NCBI GenBank assembly: GCA_963675235.2
Contig: CAXXFU010000017.1
Coordinates: 308,888 to 372,887 of the forward strand
Direction: 5' to 3'
DNA length: 64,000 nucleotides
Origin: Devosiaceae bacterium
Lineage (GTDB): Bacteria; Pseudomonadota; Alphaproteobacteria; Rhizobiales; Devosiaceae
Under the pieces are notes generated by a model. The model was not told the origin of the DNA. It saw only the letters and a list, made by a program, of their open reading frames with translations, and ran no database searches. Both the position numbers and the translations under genes were made by a program. This document shows, piece after piece, positions 8,986-17,979 of this stretch; position 1 is the stretch's first letter; every line of letters starts with the position of its first letter.

Positions 8986-9183
8986 GTCCCGGGATCAAGT
9001 CCCGGGACGACAAAGGAGGGTGGTGATCATCCGGGGGTCTTCCGCAAACCCGGTGTCACCCCGGGACACACAGCACCCCGAGACTCACGCGTTGTCACCC
9101 CCGGGACTTGATCCCGGGGTCCATGGGTGGACAGGGCATGGGCAAATGCCTCATGGGTCCTCGGGTCAAGCCCGAGGATGACG
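8986..9183. repeat. Cluster of GC-rich palindromic hairpin repeats (REP-like), including copy 2 of the ~70-nt module
   Basis: GGTCCCGGGATCAAGTCCCGGGAC at 8986-9008, CCCCGGGACTTGATCCCGGGG at 9098-9118 and TCCTCGGGTCAAGCCCGAGGA at 9158-9178. Segment 9115-9183 parallels 6198-6268. Confidence 0.6.
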
Positions 9184-9252
9184 TAGGGAGGGGTAAGGTG
9201 TGTTTTGGCGGAATTTTGGGGATTTGGTAAACTGTCACCGAAATCCCGCAAT

Positions 9253-10149
9253 TTAGCCGTCTTGAAATAGGGCTTTGGTCTCTTGCGGGCTCGGCGGCAA
9301 TATACTCTGGACTTTGGAAATGTCGTACTCGCAGTCTGCTAAATCGCCGCTTTCAGTGTAGTCATATCGGTAACTCACTGTAGCCTGCATATATGACCCA
9401 GGAACAATTGGCTCTTGCCCCTTGTGAAACCTGTCCAGCCATTCAGCATCTTCTATGTTAGCTCTAATAGTCGTCTTCCCGTGTCGAAACTCCCATTGTG
9501 ATTTGCCTATAAGGTCGGCTTTCCGGATTAGCAGAATCATATCCATATCGCCGACACTGCCTGGCGCAAGCGCCTCGTCTTGTTCCGTCCCTACACGTGA
9601 AGACGCTTGGATATTTAGCTTCAGATCTGGCGCATAGTCAGATCGAATTGTTACAGACTCACCATTACCAAGGCGCGCCTTGGCTGCTTGCACTTTATTC
9701 ATCGGCGCTGTTAAGGCTATCACGTCCACGGTCGGCGGAATTAGCCCAATTTGTGGCGAGGCTTGCTGCACGAGTTCTTCCAAGTCGCTACGAAGTTGCG
9801 ATAGTCTCTGGGCCTTTTCTTTCTTCTCTTGGTCTTCGAGAAAATTGATGATTCGGTACTTCGCCTTCACGGCGAAGGCGCCAATTTGCTTTTTCCAGTC
9901 AAAATCTTTTAGGGCTTGGTCATCCACTTTCTGAAGGCGGGTTTTGATCCAAGTGGTAATTGATGCGGCTTCAACTCCCTCGATTACGGTGATCGATTTA
10001 TTTTCTGGTGCCACGATCCCGATCAGCTGCCGGTCAATCTCGACGAAAGCGGCCAGCAACTCGGTCATTGCCGCAAAGACCTGCACCGGGTCAGATTCGC
10101 CCCGCGCAAAATCGATAGTTACGCCAAATTCTGCGTCGTCCGGGCGCAT
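9253..10149 (-). CDS. Hypothetical protein, low-GC orphan (no recognisable domain)
   Basis: 298-aa ORF and the only long ORF in an AT-richer segment. Two 60-nt lines I counted (9301-9360 and 9841-9900) are 45-47% GC, against roughly 70% in a neighbouring serC line. No signal peptide or TM helix. There is a central charged/coiled stretch (FLEDQEKKEKAQRLSQLRSDLEELVQQ). Confidence 0.6.
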   Translation of the reverse strand: MRPDDAEFGVTIDFARGESDPVQVFAAMTELLAAFVEIDRQLIGIVAPENKSITVIEGVEAASITTWIKTRLQKVDDQALKDFDWKKQIGAFAVKAKYRIINFLEDQEKKEKAQRLSQLRSDLEELVQQASPQIGLIPPTVDVIALTAPMNKVQAAKARLGNGESVTIRSDYAPDLKLNIQASSRVGTEQDEALAPGSVGDMDMILLIRKADLIGKSQWEFRHGKTTIRANIEDAEWLDRFHKGQEPIVPGSYMQATVSYRYDYTESGDLADCEYDISKVQSILPPSPQETKALFQDG

Positions 10150-10403
10150 TAGTCGTTCGTCCGTTTACATAATCTCAATATTTAGGATCATTGCACGCGC
10201 GCAAGTAAACGAAAACCCTTTGTTACGCTTGGCACATTCGGGGCCGCGCGTTTTTTCGCTTCCGCAGCTCAGCGCGGGGCTTTTTGCATAAGCAAACCTC
10301 AGCTGCGATTCTCACCCCCTTGCCATCCGCCCCAAACCGGCGTATCAGCGTCGCCGGGCCATCCCACCCCAACGTGGGACGCCCATCTGTAAGGATGGAT
10401 GAC

Positions 10404-11582
10404 ATGACAGACACTCTCGCGGCCAATGCCGCCACTCCGGACGTGCGTCCGGCAAATCCCAATTTCTCTTCAGGTCCCTGCTCCAAGCGTCCCGGCTGGA
10501 CGCCTGACGTGCTTGCCACCGCGCTTGTCGGGCGGTCGCACCGCGCCAAGCCGGCCAAGGCCCGCATCGTCGAGGCGATCGAGCTGACGCGCGAGCTCTT
10601 GGCCCTGCCCGAAGGCTACCGCGTCGGCATCGTGCCGGCTTCGGATACCGGCGCCGTCGAGATGGCGCTGTGGTCGATGCTCGGCGCCCGTGGCGTCGAC
10701 ATGCTAGCCTGGGAAAGTTTTGGCGCCGGCTGGGTGACCGATGTCGTCAAGCAGCTGAAACTCGAAGACGTCCGCACCCTCAAGGCCGATTACGGCACCC
10801 TGCCCGACCTCAATGAGGTCGACTGGACCCGCGACGTCGTCTTCACCTGGAACGGCACCACCTCCGGTGTGCGCGTGCCCAATGCCGACTGGATCCCCGC
10901 CGACCGCGAGGGGCTGGCCATCTGCGACGCCACTTCCGCCGTATTCGCCCAGGACGTGGATTTTACCAAGCTCGATGTCGTCACCTTCTCCTGGCAGAAG
11001 GTGCTCGGCGGCGAAGCGGCCCACGGCATCCTGATCCTTTCCCCGCGTGCTGTGCAGCGGCTCGAAACCTACACGCCGCCGCGGCCGCTGCCGAAAATCT
11101 TCCGCATGACCAAGGCTGGCAAGTTCATGGAAGACATCTTCCAGGGCGCCACCATCAACACCGTCTCGATGATCTGCATCGAGGACGCGGTCGACGCAAT
11201 GAAATGGGCCAAGGACATCGGCGGCCTCAAGGCCATGCAGGCCCGCGCCGACGCCAATGCCAAGGCGATCAACGACTGGGCCGACGCGACCCCGTGGATC
11301 GCCAATCTCGCCAAGGACCCGGCCATCCGCTCGAACACTTCGGTCTGCCTTTACATCACCGACCCGGAGATCAACGCGCTTGAGCCCGAGGGACAGGCGG
11401 CGTTTGCCAAAAAGATCGTGGCACGGCTCGACAAGGAAGGCGTCGCCTATGACATCGGCGCCTATCGCGACGCGCCGACCGGCTTCCGCGTCTGGTGCGG
11501 CTCGACTGTCGAAACGGCCGATGTCGAGGCCCTGACCAAGTGGCTCGACTGGGCCTTCGCGGTCGAAAAGGCCGCGCTCTAG
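10404..11582 (+). CDS. serC: Phosphoserine aminotransferase
   Basis: ORF 10284..11582, with the start re-chosen at the ATG at 10404 (an AAGGA lies 8 nt upstream). [18 protein letters not shown] and the downstream aminotransferase class V pattern are present, and the gene is adjacent to serA. Confidence 0.88.
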   Translation: MTDTLAANAATPDVRPANPNFSSGPCSKRPGWTPDVLATALVGRSHRAKPAKARIVEAIELTRELLALPEGYRVGIVPASDTGAVEMALWSMLGARGVDMLAWESFGAGWVTDVVKQLKLEDVRTLKADYGTLPDLNEVDWTRDVVFTWNGTTSGVRVPNADWIPADREGLAICDATSAVFAQDVDFTKLDVVTFSWQKVLGGEAAHGILILSPRAVQRLETYTPPRPLPKIFRMTKAGKFMEDIFQGATINTVSMICIEDAVDAMKWAKDIGGLKAMQARADANAKAINDWADATPWIANLAKDPAIRSNTSVCLYITDPEINALEPEGQAAFAKKIVARLDKEGVAYDIGAYRDAPTGFRVWCGSTVETADVEALTKWLDWAFAVEKAAL

Positions 11583-11721
11583 ATCAGTTGACCCCCCCGG
11601 CCCGGCCGGCGTCCAGGACACTCGCGCAAGCGGCCCCCGTCCCGGACACCGGCCCACGCTGGGGCCAGATTCCCGATATTTCGTCCCTGCGAGGGACATC
11701 CCAAATCCTCAGGAGGCTCTC

Positions 11722-13317
11722 ATGCCCAAGGTTCTCGTTTCCGACAAACTCAGCCCCACCGCTGTCCAGATCTTCAAGGACAATGGCGTCGAGGTCGACT
11801 ACCTGCCCGATCTCGGCAAGGACAAGGACAAGCTGCTCGAGGTCATCGGCCAGTATGATGGCCTGGCGATCCGTTCCGCCACCAAGGTGACCGAAAAGAT
11901 CATCGCCGCCGCCGCCAATCTCAAGGTGATCGGCCGCGCCGGCATCGGTGTGGACAATGTCGATATCCCGGCGGCCACCGCCAAGGGCATCATCGTCATG
12001 AACACGCCCTTCGGCAATTCCATCACCACCGCCGAGCATGCCATCTCCCTGATGATGGCGCTGGCCCGCCAGATCCCGGAAGCCGACACCTCCACCCGCG
12101 CCGGCAAGTGGGAGAAGTCCCGCTTCATGGGTGTCGAGGTAACCAACAAGACCCTGGGCGTCATCGGCTGCGGCAATATCGGCTCGCTGGCCGCCGAACG
12201 CGGCATTGGCCTCAAGATGAAGGTCATCGCCTTCGACCCCTTCCTGACGCCCGAGCGCGCCATGGATATCGGCGTGGAAAAGGTCGAGCTCGACGAGCTG
12301 CTGGCCCGGGCTGACTTCGTCACGCTGCACACGCCGCTGCTCGATTCGACGCGCAACATCCTCAACAGGGAAAACCTCGCCAAGACCAAGAAGGGCGTCC
12401 GCATCGTCAATTGCGCCCGTGGCGGCCTGATCGACGAGGCAGCGCTGATCGAGGCGCTCGAGAGCGGCCAGGTTGCCGGCGCGGCCATCGACGTCTTCGC
12501 CGAGGAGCCGGCCAAGGAGAACGCCCTGTTCAACGTGCCGAACGTCATCTGCACCCCGCACCTTGGCGCCTCCACGACGGAAGCCCAGGAGAACGTGGCG
12601 TTGCAGGTTGCCGAGCAGATTTCGGCCTATCTGATGACTGGCGAGATCACCAATGCGCTCAATTTCCCGTCCATTTCCGCCGAGGAAGCGCCGCGCCTGA
12701 CTCCCTTCGTCAAGCTCGCCGAAGTGCTTGGCAGCTTTGCCGGCCAGTTGACCGAAACCTCCATCAACGGCGTCAGGATCGAGTATGAAGGCGATGTCGC
12801 CGCGCTCAACACCCGACCGATGACGGCGGCGGCGCTCAACGGCATCCTGACCCCGTTGCTCGGCGACGGCGTCAACATGGTCTCAGCGCCGGCCCTGGCC
12901 AAGGAGCGCGGCATGAATGTCGAGGTGGTGACCCGCGAACAGCAGGGCGCCTATGACAATTTCATGCGCGTCACCGTGGTCACCGAGCGCCAGGAACGCG
13001 GCGTGGCCGGTACGCTGTTCGCCGGCGGCAAGCCGCGGATCATCGAGGTCAAGGACATCCAGCTCGATGCCGAGATCACCCCGGCGATGCTCTACATCAC
13101 CAATGAGGACAAGCCCGGCTTCATCGGCCGGCTCGGGACGCTGCTCGGCGACCTCAAGGTCAATATCGCCAATTTCAACCTCGGCCGTGCCGAGCGTGGC
13201 GGCGACGCCATTGCCCTTGTCTCCCTCGATACGCCGCTGACCGAAGGCGAACTCGTCAAGATCAGGGCGCTGACCGGCGTCAAGCAGGCCAAGGGGCTGA
13301 AATTCCCCGTCGCCTGA
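11722..13317 (+). CDS. serA: D-3-phosphoglycerate dehydrogenase
   Basis: 531 aa. It has the Rossmann motif GVIGCGNIGS, the 2-hydroxyacid dehydrogenase signature (NCARGGLIDE, TPHLGAST) and a C-terminal ACT domain. Confidence 0.95.
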   Translation: MPKVLVSDKLSPTAVQIFKDNGVEVDYLPDLGKDKDKLLEVIGQYDGLAIRSATKVTEKIIAAAANLKVIGRAGIGVDNVDIPAATAKGIIVMNTPFGNSITTAEHAISLMMALARQIPEADTSTRAGKWEKSRFMGVEVTNKTLGVIGCGNIGSLAAERGIGLKMKVIAFDPFLTPERAMDIGVEKVELDELLARADFVTLHTPLLDSTRNILNRENLAKTKKGVRIVNCARGGLIDEAALIEALESGQVAGAAIDVFAEEPAKENALFNVPNVICTPHLGASTTEAQENVALQVAEQISAYLMTGEITNALNFPSISAEEAPRLTPFVKLAEVLGSFAGQLTETSINGVRIEYEGDVAALNTRPMTAAALNGILTPLLGDGVNMVSAPALAKERGMNVEVVTREQQGAYDNFMRVTVVTERQERGVAGTLFAGGKPRIIEVKDIQLDAEITPAMLYITNEDKPGFIGRLGTLLGDLKVNIANFNLGRAERGGDAIALVSLDTPLTEGELVKIRALTGVKQAKGLKFPVA

Positions 13318-13624
13318 CCGCCGAATCCGGACCTGTTCGACGCGGCAGCGCTCGCCACCCGCGCCGGACAGGCTCCAACGCGTTGCATCGTTTGGGCACC
13401 GTCCGGCAGGGACAGGTGTCGCGCGGTGCCGCATGCCCGGGGACGGGGCAGGCGTCGATGCCGGTTTCTTCCCTTCCTGGCCGACTGAAGCCACGCCTCG
13501 CCGCCCGGGCCTTTGTTTTCACTCGATTAATATGTGGTGCGCATAGGGCTTGCGCTTCAGGGTCAAGAGGCCGTATTCGGGGCGCTCGAGAGCGCCCCTT
13601 TTGCTCCGAAGCAGGATCCTTGCC

Positions 13625-15019
13625 ATGCATTATGCCGGTGACGAAGACAAGCTCGACGCCGAGAGCCCTTGGACGGCGCTCAAGGGCGTGTCGCTGCTGC
13701 ATGTGATGCCGGCCAAGGGCCCGGTGACGGCGACACTGACCGTTCCCGGCTCCAAAAGCCTTTCCAACCGCGCCCTGATCCTTGCCGGATTTGCCGAAGG
13801 CCGCTCCGATCTGACCGGCCTGCTCAAGTCCGATGACACCTGGTGGTGCGCCGATGTGTTGAAGCGCCTGGGCGCCAAGGTGGATTTTCAGGGCGAGACC
13901 TGCACCGTCGATGGAATCGGGCGCAGACGTCCCAATTCTCCGGTCCGCCTGCATGTCGGGTCCGCCGGCACAATCGCCCGCTTTCTGCCCGGCATGCTCG
14001 CCGCTGGCGAACCGGGCAGCTGGAAGCTGACCTCGTCGAAGCAGATGGCCCGCCGCCCGGTCGGACCGCTGTTCGATGCGCTCAGCGCCGGCGGCGCCGA
14101 GATCGATACGCTCGGAAACGAAAAATGCTACCCGGCAGTTATCACCGGCGGCAGCTTCCGCGGCGGCCAGCTGAAAATGGCCGGCGACGTTTCGAGCCAG
14201 TTCATTTCCGGCCTGCTCATGGCCGGGCCGCTGGCCGTCGACGGGCTCGAACTCCAGATCACCTCGGCAATCGTCCAGTCCGATTATGTGCGCATCACCC
14301 TCGACGCGATGAACCACTTCGGGGTTGGCGTTCGGACCAATCGCGACTTCAACCTGTTTTCGATTGATCCATCCGGTTATCGCGGCCGCGACATGGTGGT
14401 CGAGGCCGATGCCTCGACGGCGACCTATTTCGCAGCGCTTGCCGCTGTCACGCGCGGCGCGGTCACGCTCGCCAATATCGGCGCCGGCACGCGCCAGCCA
14501 GACTACGGCTTCTTCGACATTCTCGCCCGGCTCGGCTGTCGGATCGAAAAGGGGCTGGAATCGACCCGCATCGCCTGTTCGGAACGGCTCAAAGGCGGGT
14601 TCACCATCGACATGAAGCCCCTCAGCGATGCAACGCTGACGCTTGCCGCCATCGCCCCGTTCGCCGACGCGCCGATCACCATCACCAATGTCGGGCACAT
14701 CCGCCATCACGAAAGCGACCGCATCTCAGCCATCTGCGCCGAACTGACGCGCGCCGGCATCCGTGTCGAGGAACGGCGGGACGGATTGACGGTCTATCCG
14801 GGCACGCCGAAGCTGGCCCGGCACGAAACCTACGAGGATCACCGCGTTGCCATGTCGCTGGCCGTCATGGGTGCTGGTGGCAGCGGTGTCGAGCTCAAGG
14901 ATCCGGGCTGCGTTTCCAAGACCTGCCCGAGCTTTTTCGATGACATCGGCAAGCTCGGAATCGGCGTCACGCATCTGAGGAAATCAAGTCCGGCCAGCCG
15001 CGCCATTCACGGCAGCTGA
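13625..15019 (+). CDS. 3-phosphoshikimate 1-carboxyvinyltransferase (EPSP synthase) family protein, divergent
   Basis: ORF 13550..15019. EPSPS motifs are present: PGSKSLSNRALILA, GSAGTIARFL, DVSSQFISGLLMA, HHESDRI, DHRVAMS. The start is uncertain: ATG at 13625, or the later MPAKG Met. Confidence 0.8.
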   Translation: MHYAGDEDKLDAESPWTALKGVSLLHVMPAKGPVTATLTVPGSKSLSNRALILAGFAEGRSDLTGLLKSDDTWWCADVLKRLGAKVDFQGETCTVDGIGRRRPNSPVRLHVGSAGTIARFLPGMLAAGEPGSWKLTSSKQMARRPVGPLFDALSAGGAEIDTLGNEKCYPAVITGGSFRGGQLKMAGDVSSQFISGLLMAGPLAVDGLELQITSAIVQSDYVRITLDAMNHFGVGVRTNRDFNLFSIDPSGYRGRDMVVEADASTATYFAALAAVTRGAVTLANIGAGTRQPDYGFFDILARLGCRIEKGLESTRIACSERLKGGFTIDMKPLSDATLTLAAIAPFADAPITITNVGHIRHHESDRISAICAELTRAGIRVEERRDGLTVYPGTPKLARHETYEDHRVAMSLAVMGAGGSGVELKDPGCVSKTCPSFFDDIGKLGIGVTHLRKSSPASRAIHGS

Positions 15020-15245
15020 CGCCGCCAGGTGCGGTTGTTTTGTCACGGTTGCGCTTGATTCGGTCGCGGATCTTCCAGCCCCGGCCGCGAAGGCGTTGTC
15101 CCGTCGCCCGCATCGTGCGAAAAAGCCGTCGCTCTCCGCCGCAGGGCCGGTCTCTGTGCGGGGAACAAGACGAATCCGCTGCACCTTCGAACTGCCGGTC
15201 GACTGGGTTCCCGTGGTTTTGTCCGGTTGGCTCCGGGAGGATACT

Positions 15246-15995
15246 ATGCTCGCTGCCTCCATGTTCGTACTCGCCTGGCTGGGCTGGCTGGCGATCTGGT
15301 ATGTTGCGGACCGGCGGCAGCTGACCGGCGGCGCCGCACCCCAGTCGCTGGCGCTGCGCGAGCGCTACAGGCTGCTGCAGATTCTCGGCGCGGCGCTGAT
15401 TGCGTTTTCCTTCCTGCACCTTCTGCCCGACCTGCAGCTTTGGCTGAGCGAGGGCTTTGCCTGGCTGATGCTGATCGTTCTGGTCATTGGGCTGGTGTTC
15501 GCCGCCTGGGCGCGGCTGCACCGGGTCGAGATCATGGCCCAGCGCCTGACCATGCCGGCAGACGAGATCATCCGGACCGGCCCGTACGGCATAGTGCGAA
15601 ATCCGGTGCTCTCCGGACTGATTCTGGCGCTGTTGGCGACGGTCATTGCCGCCGGCCGCTTCGATGCCATGATCGGCGCGGCAATTCTGGTGCGCGGGCT
15701 GGTGCTTCAGATCGAACGCGATGAAGAACTGGTGGCGCGCCAGTACCGGCCGGGCGCCTATGCCATCTACAAGCGTGACGTCCCCATGCTGGTACCCGAG
15801 TGGCTGCAGCCGCCCGAGTGGCTGACCGCGCGACTGTGGTCTCTGTGGGACGCTGCCAGGAAACGCCTCAGGGCAGTTGTCGGAGCCGAACGGATGGCGC
15901 GCCTGCAGGGGCTGACCGACCGGCACATCGTCCAGCGCGCGCGGCGCCTGGCCGATCGGGCAGCTCCGGGAAAGCGCTCGGACGATCTGTCGTGA
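15246..15995 (+). CDS. Isoprenylcysteine carboxyl methyltransferase (ICMT/PEMT-like) family membrane protein
   Basis: ORF 15096..15995, with the start re-chosen at the ATG at 15246 after GGGAGGA. It has multiple TM helices and GPYGIVRNPVLSGLILALL, the family motif GPY..vR.P.Y-like. Confidence 0.7.
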   Translation: MLAASMFVLAWLGWLAIWYVADRRQLTGGAAPQSLALRERYRLLQILGAALIAFSFLHLLPDLQLWLSEGFAWLMLIVLVIGLVFAAWARLHRVEIMAQRLTMPADEIIRTGPYGIVRNPVLSGLILALLATVIAAGRFDAMIGAAILVRGLVLQIERDEELVARQYRPGAYAIYKRDVPMLVPEWLQPPEWLTARLWSLWDAARKRLRAVVGAERMARLQGLTDRHIVQRARRLADRAAPGKRSDDLS

Positions 15996-16028
15996 GGCAC
16001 TGCGCCGTACCTGCGGTGCAACGGCATT

Positions 16029-16083
16029 TGTAAAGGTCGATTGACACCAACGCTTGACCGACCTATGTAAAGGTCACTTTACA
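16029..16083. promoter_or_regulatory. Direct and inverted repeats upstream of the membrane-protein/XRE operon (candidate operator)
   Basis: TGTAAAGGTC is repeated at 16029-16038 and 16066-16075. There is a perfect palindrome TGTAAAG-GTCA-CTTTACA at 16066-16083, and a nested GTCACT...AGTGAC extends to 16096. Confidence 0.4.
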
Positions 16084-16091
16084 AAATGTGA

Positions 16092-16505
16092 GTGACCGAC
16101 ATGACCAATCTCGAGGCCAAGAAACGCTATTTCCGCGTCTTCACTCCGGCCATGGCAATCTATCTCATCACCTTCCTGCTCATCGCCTGGTTCGCCGACA
16201 ATGTCGGAAGTAACCCGGTGCTGATTTCCATCATGGCCCTGGTACCGATCATCGCCCTGCTCGCCATGTTCTGGGCCCATATGCGCATGATCGGGGAGAT
16301 CGACGAATTCCTGCGTTCGATCCAGATACGCGCGGTGTTCGCCGGGCTTTCCGCCGTGCTCGTCGTCGCCACCGGCTGGGGCATACTCGAACTGCTGGCC
16401 AACATGCCGGTTCTGGCCATCTTCTGGATCAATCCGATCTACTGGATCGCCTACGGGCTGGCCGCCGCCTATTTCACGCGTCGGGAGACGGGGCAGTTCG
16501 AATGA
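16092..16505 (+). CDS. Small integral membrane protein (4 predicted TM helices), unknown function
   Basis: 137-aa ORF (GTG at 16092 or ATG at 16101) with hydrophobic helices throughout. Its stop overlaps the XRE start in ATGA at 16502-16505. Confidence 0.65.
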   Translation: MTDMTNLEAKKRYFRVFTPAMAIYLITFLLIAWFADNVGSNPVLISIMALVPIIALLAMFWAHMRMIGEIDEFLRSIQIRAVFAGLSAVLVVATGWGILELLANMPVLAIFWINPIYWIAYGLAAAYFTRRETGQFE

Positions 16506-16708
16506 ACAACATCATCAAGCAGCTGCGCGCGGAGCGCGGCTGGTCTCAGGCGGTGCTGGGGGAGAAACTCAACGTCTCGCGGCAATCGGTGATTGCCATC
16601 GAGACCGGCCGCTACGATCCTTCCCTGCCTCTGGCCTTCCGCATCGCCCGCCTGCTCGGCCGCCCGATCGAGGAAATCTTCCTCGACGATCAAGACGAGG
16701 AGGCCTGA
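16502..16708 (+). CDS. XRE-family helix-turn-helix transcriptional regulator (short, 68 aa)
   Basis: LRAERGWSQAVLGEKLNVSRQSVIAIETGRYDPSLPLAFRIARLL is a textbook Cro/C1-type HTH. Confidence 0.9.
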   Translation: MNNIIKQLRAERGWSQAVLGEKLNVSRQSVIAIETGRYDPSLPLAFRIARLLGRPIEEIFLDDQDEEA

Positions 16709-16770
16709 CAACCGGCTGCGGGGCGCCGGTTCACCCGGCCGAAAGCGCGCCGGCTTGACGGATGGCTTTT

Positions 16771-16791
16771 ATACCTAGATAATCTAGGTAT
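16771..16791. promoter_or_regulatory. Perfect 10-1-10 palindrome ATACCTAGAT-A-ATCTAGGTAT, candidate PadR autoregulatory operator
   Basis: Seen directly in the sequence. The right arm overlaps the padR ATG at 16790. Confidence 0.55.
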
Positions 16792-17143
16792 GAAGACACC
16801 CCTGCCCCGCGGCCATCTCGACCTGCTGCTGCTCTCGGTCCTGAGGAACGGACCGGCCCATGGCTACGGCGTGGTCTCGGCGCTGGCCGAACGCAGCGGC
16901 GGTGTGTGCGCCTATCCCGAAGGTACCGTCTACCCGGCGCTGCAAAAGCTTGAGCGCGAAGGACTGATCGGCTCCGAATGGGACGACGCCGGCGCCCGGC
17001 GGCGGCGGCTCTATGCGCTGACGGAAGACGGACGCAAGGCTTATGCCGCACGCAGCGCCGACTGGCGCGATTTCCGCCGCGCCGTCGATGCGCTTGTCGA
17101 GTGGACCGAGCCCGCCCGCTCACCTCAAGGAAAACCGACATGA
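16790..17143 (+). CDS. PadR family transcriptional regulator
   Basis: LDLLLLSVLRNGPAHGYGVVSALAERSGGVCAYPEGTVYPALQKLEREGLI is the PadR winged-helix signature. Confidence 0.9.
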   Translation: MKTPLPRGHLDLLLLSVLRNGPAHGYGVVSALAERSGGVCAYPEGTVYPALQKLEREGLIGSEWDDAGARRRRLYALTEDGRKAYAARSADWRDFRRAVDALVEWTEPARSPQGKPT

Positions 17144-17916
17144 TCCGGACAATCGATGCATATCTCGATCGGCTTTTCGACCTCGTTGCCGGCACCGGCG
17201 CATCGGGGCGGCGGCTTCTCAACGAGACCGAGGGACATCTCAACGCTGCCAGGACAGCGGAAATGGCAGCCGGACATCAAGGTGACGAGGCCGAGGCCCG
17301 CGCCATCGCCCGGTTCGGAACGCCGGAACAGGTGGCCGACGCTCATCTTGCCGCGGGACGCTTGCCGCTGCCGGTGGCGCTTGCGCGCCTGTTTGCGGCG
17401 GCATTCTTCTTTTTCGGCTGCACCGGGGTGATGTTCGGGCTCAGCGGCGCCCTGATTGCCGGCTTCACCGCCCTGTTCGGTCCCGAGTTCGTTGCGCCCG
17501 ACAGCGTTCACGCCCTTCTGACGCCCGAGCGTTGTGCCGAACTGTCACTGCTTCGTCCCGATGCCGTGTCGTGCGCCGCAGCCTCCAATGCCCAGCATGT
17601 TGCCGACACGGGGTTCGGCCTGATGCGGCTCGGCGTGATCGGCACAGTGATGCTTGCCGGTTTCGGACTGGCGCGGCGCATCGGCGCTGTGCGTCGCTTC
17701 ACCATCCTGCCCAATGCGACCATGGTCGCTTCGGTCGGTGCTGTCGGATTTGGCCTTGTCGCCTTTTCCGGACTGGGTGTGGCCGTGCTGCTGGCGCTCG
17801 ATGGCGCCCGGCCCGGCATCGGCGCCAATCTGGCATTCGGCCTGAGCGGGCTGATTGCTTTTGCGCTGTTCCTGCCGGCCGCCTGGAACCAGCTCGTGCG
17901 CGACCGGCACGCCTGA
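17140..17916 (+). CDS. Membrane protein co-transcribed with PadR
   Basis: ORF 16978..17916, with the start re-chosen at the ATG at 17140, which overlaps the padR stop (ATGA). It has a soluble N-terminal helical segment (MIRTIDAYLDRLFDL...) followed by about 4 TM helices. Confidence 0.7.
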   Translation: MIRTIDAYLDRLFDLVAGTGASGRRLLNETEGHLNAARTAEMAAGHQGDEAEARAIARFGTPEQVADAHLAAGRLPLPVALARLFAAAFFFFGCTGVMFGLSGALIAGFTALFGPEFVAPDSVHALLTPERCAELSLLRPDAVSCAAASNAQHVADTGFGLMRLGVIGTVMLAGFGLARRIGAVRRFTILPNATMVASVGAVGFGLVAFSGLGVAVLLALDGARPGIGANLAFGLSGLIAFALFLPAAWNQLVRDRHA

Positions 17917-17979
17917 CGCGCAGCGAAGCGGCGCCCCGCGAAGGAAGCGCCGCTCCGAAATCACCCGAACTCAGTCGTG

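Noticed and set aside
10200-10300. GC-rich inverted repeat (CCGCGC...GCGCGG followed by a T-run) upstream of serC, considered as a terminator.
   Set aside because: The stem is only 6 bp with a 22-nt loop, and no upstream plus-strand gene needs terminating there. Evidence is insufficient.
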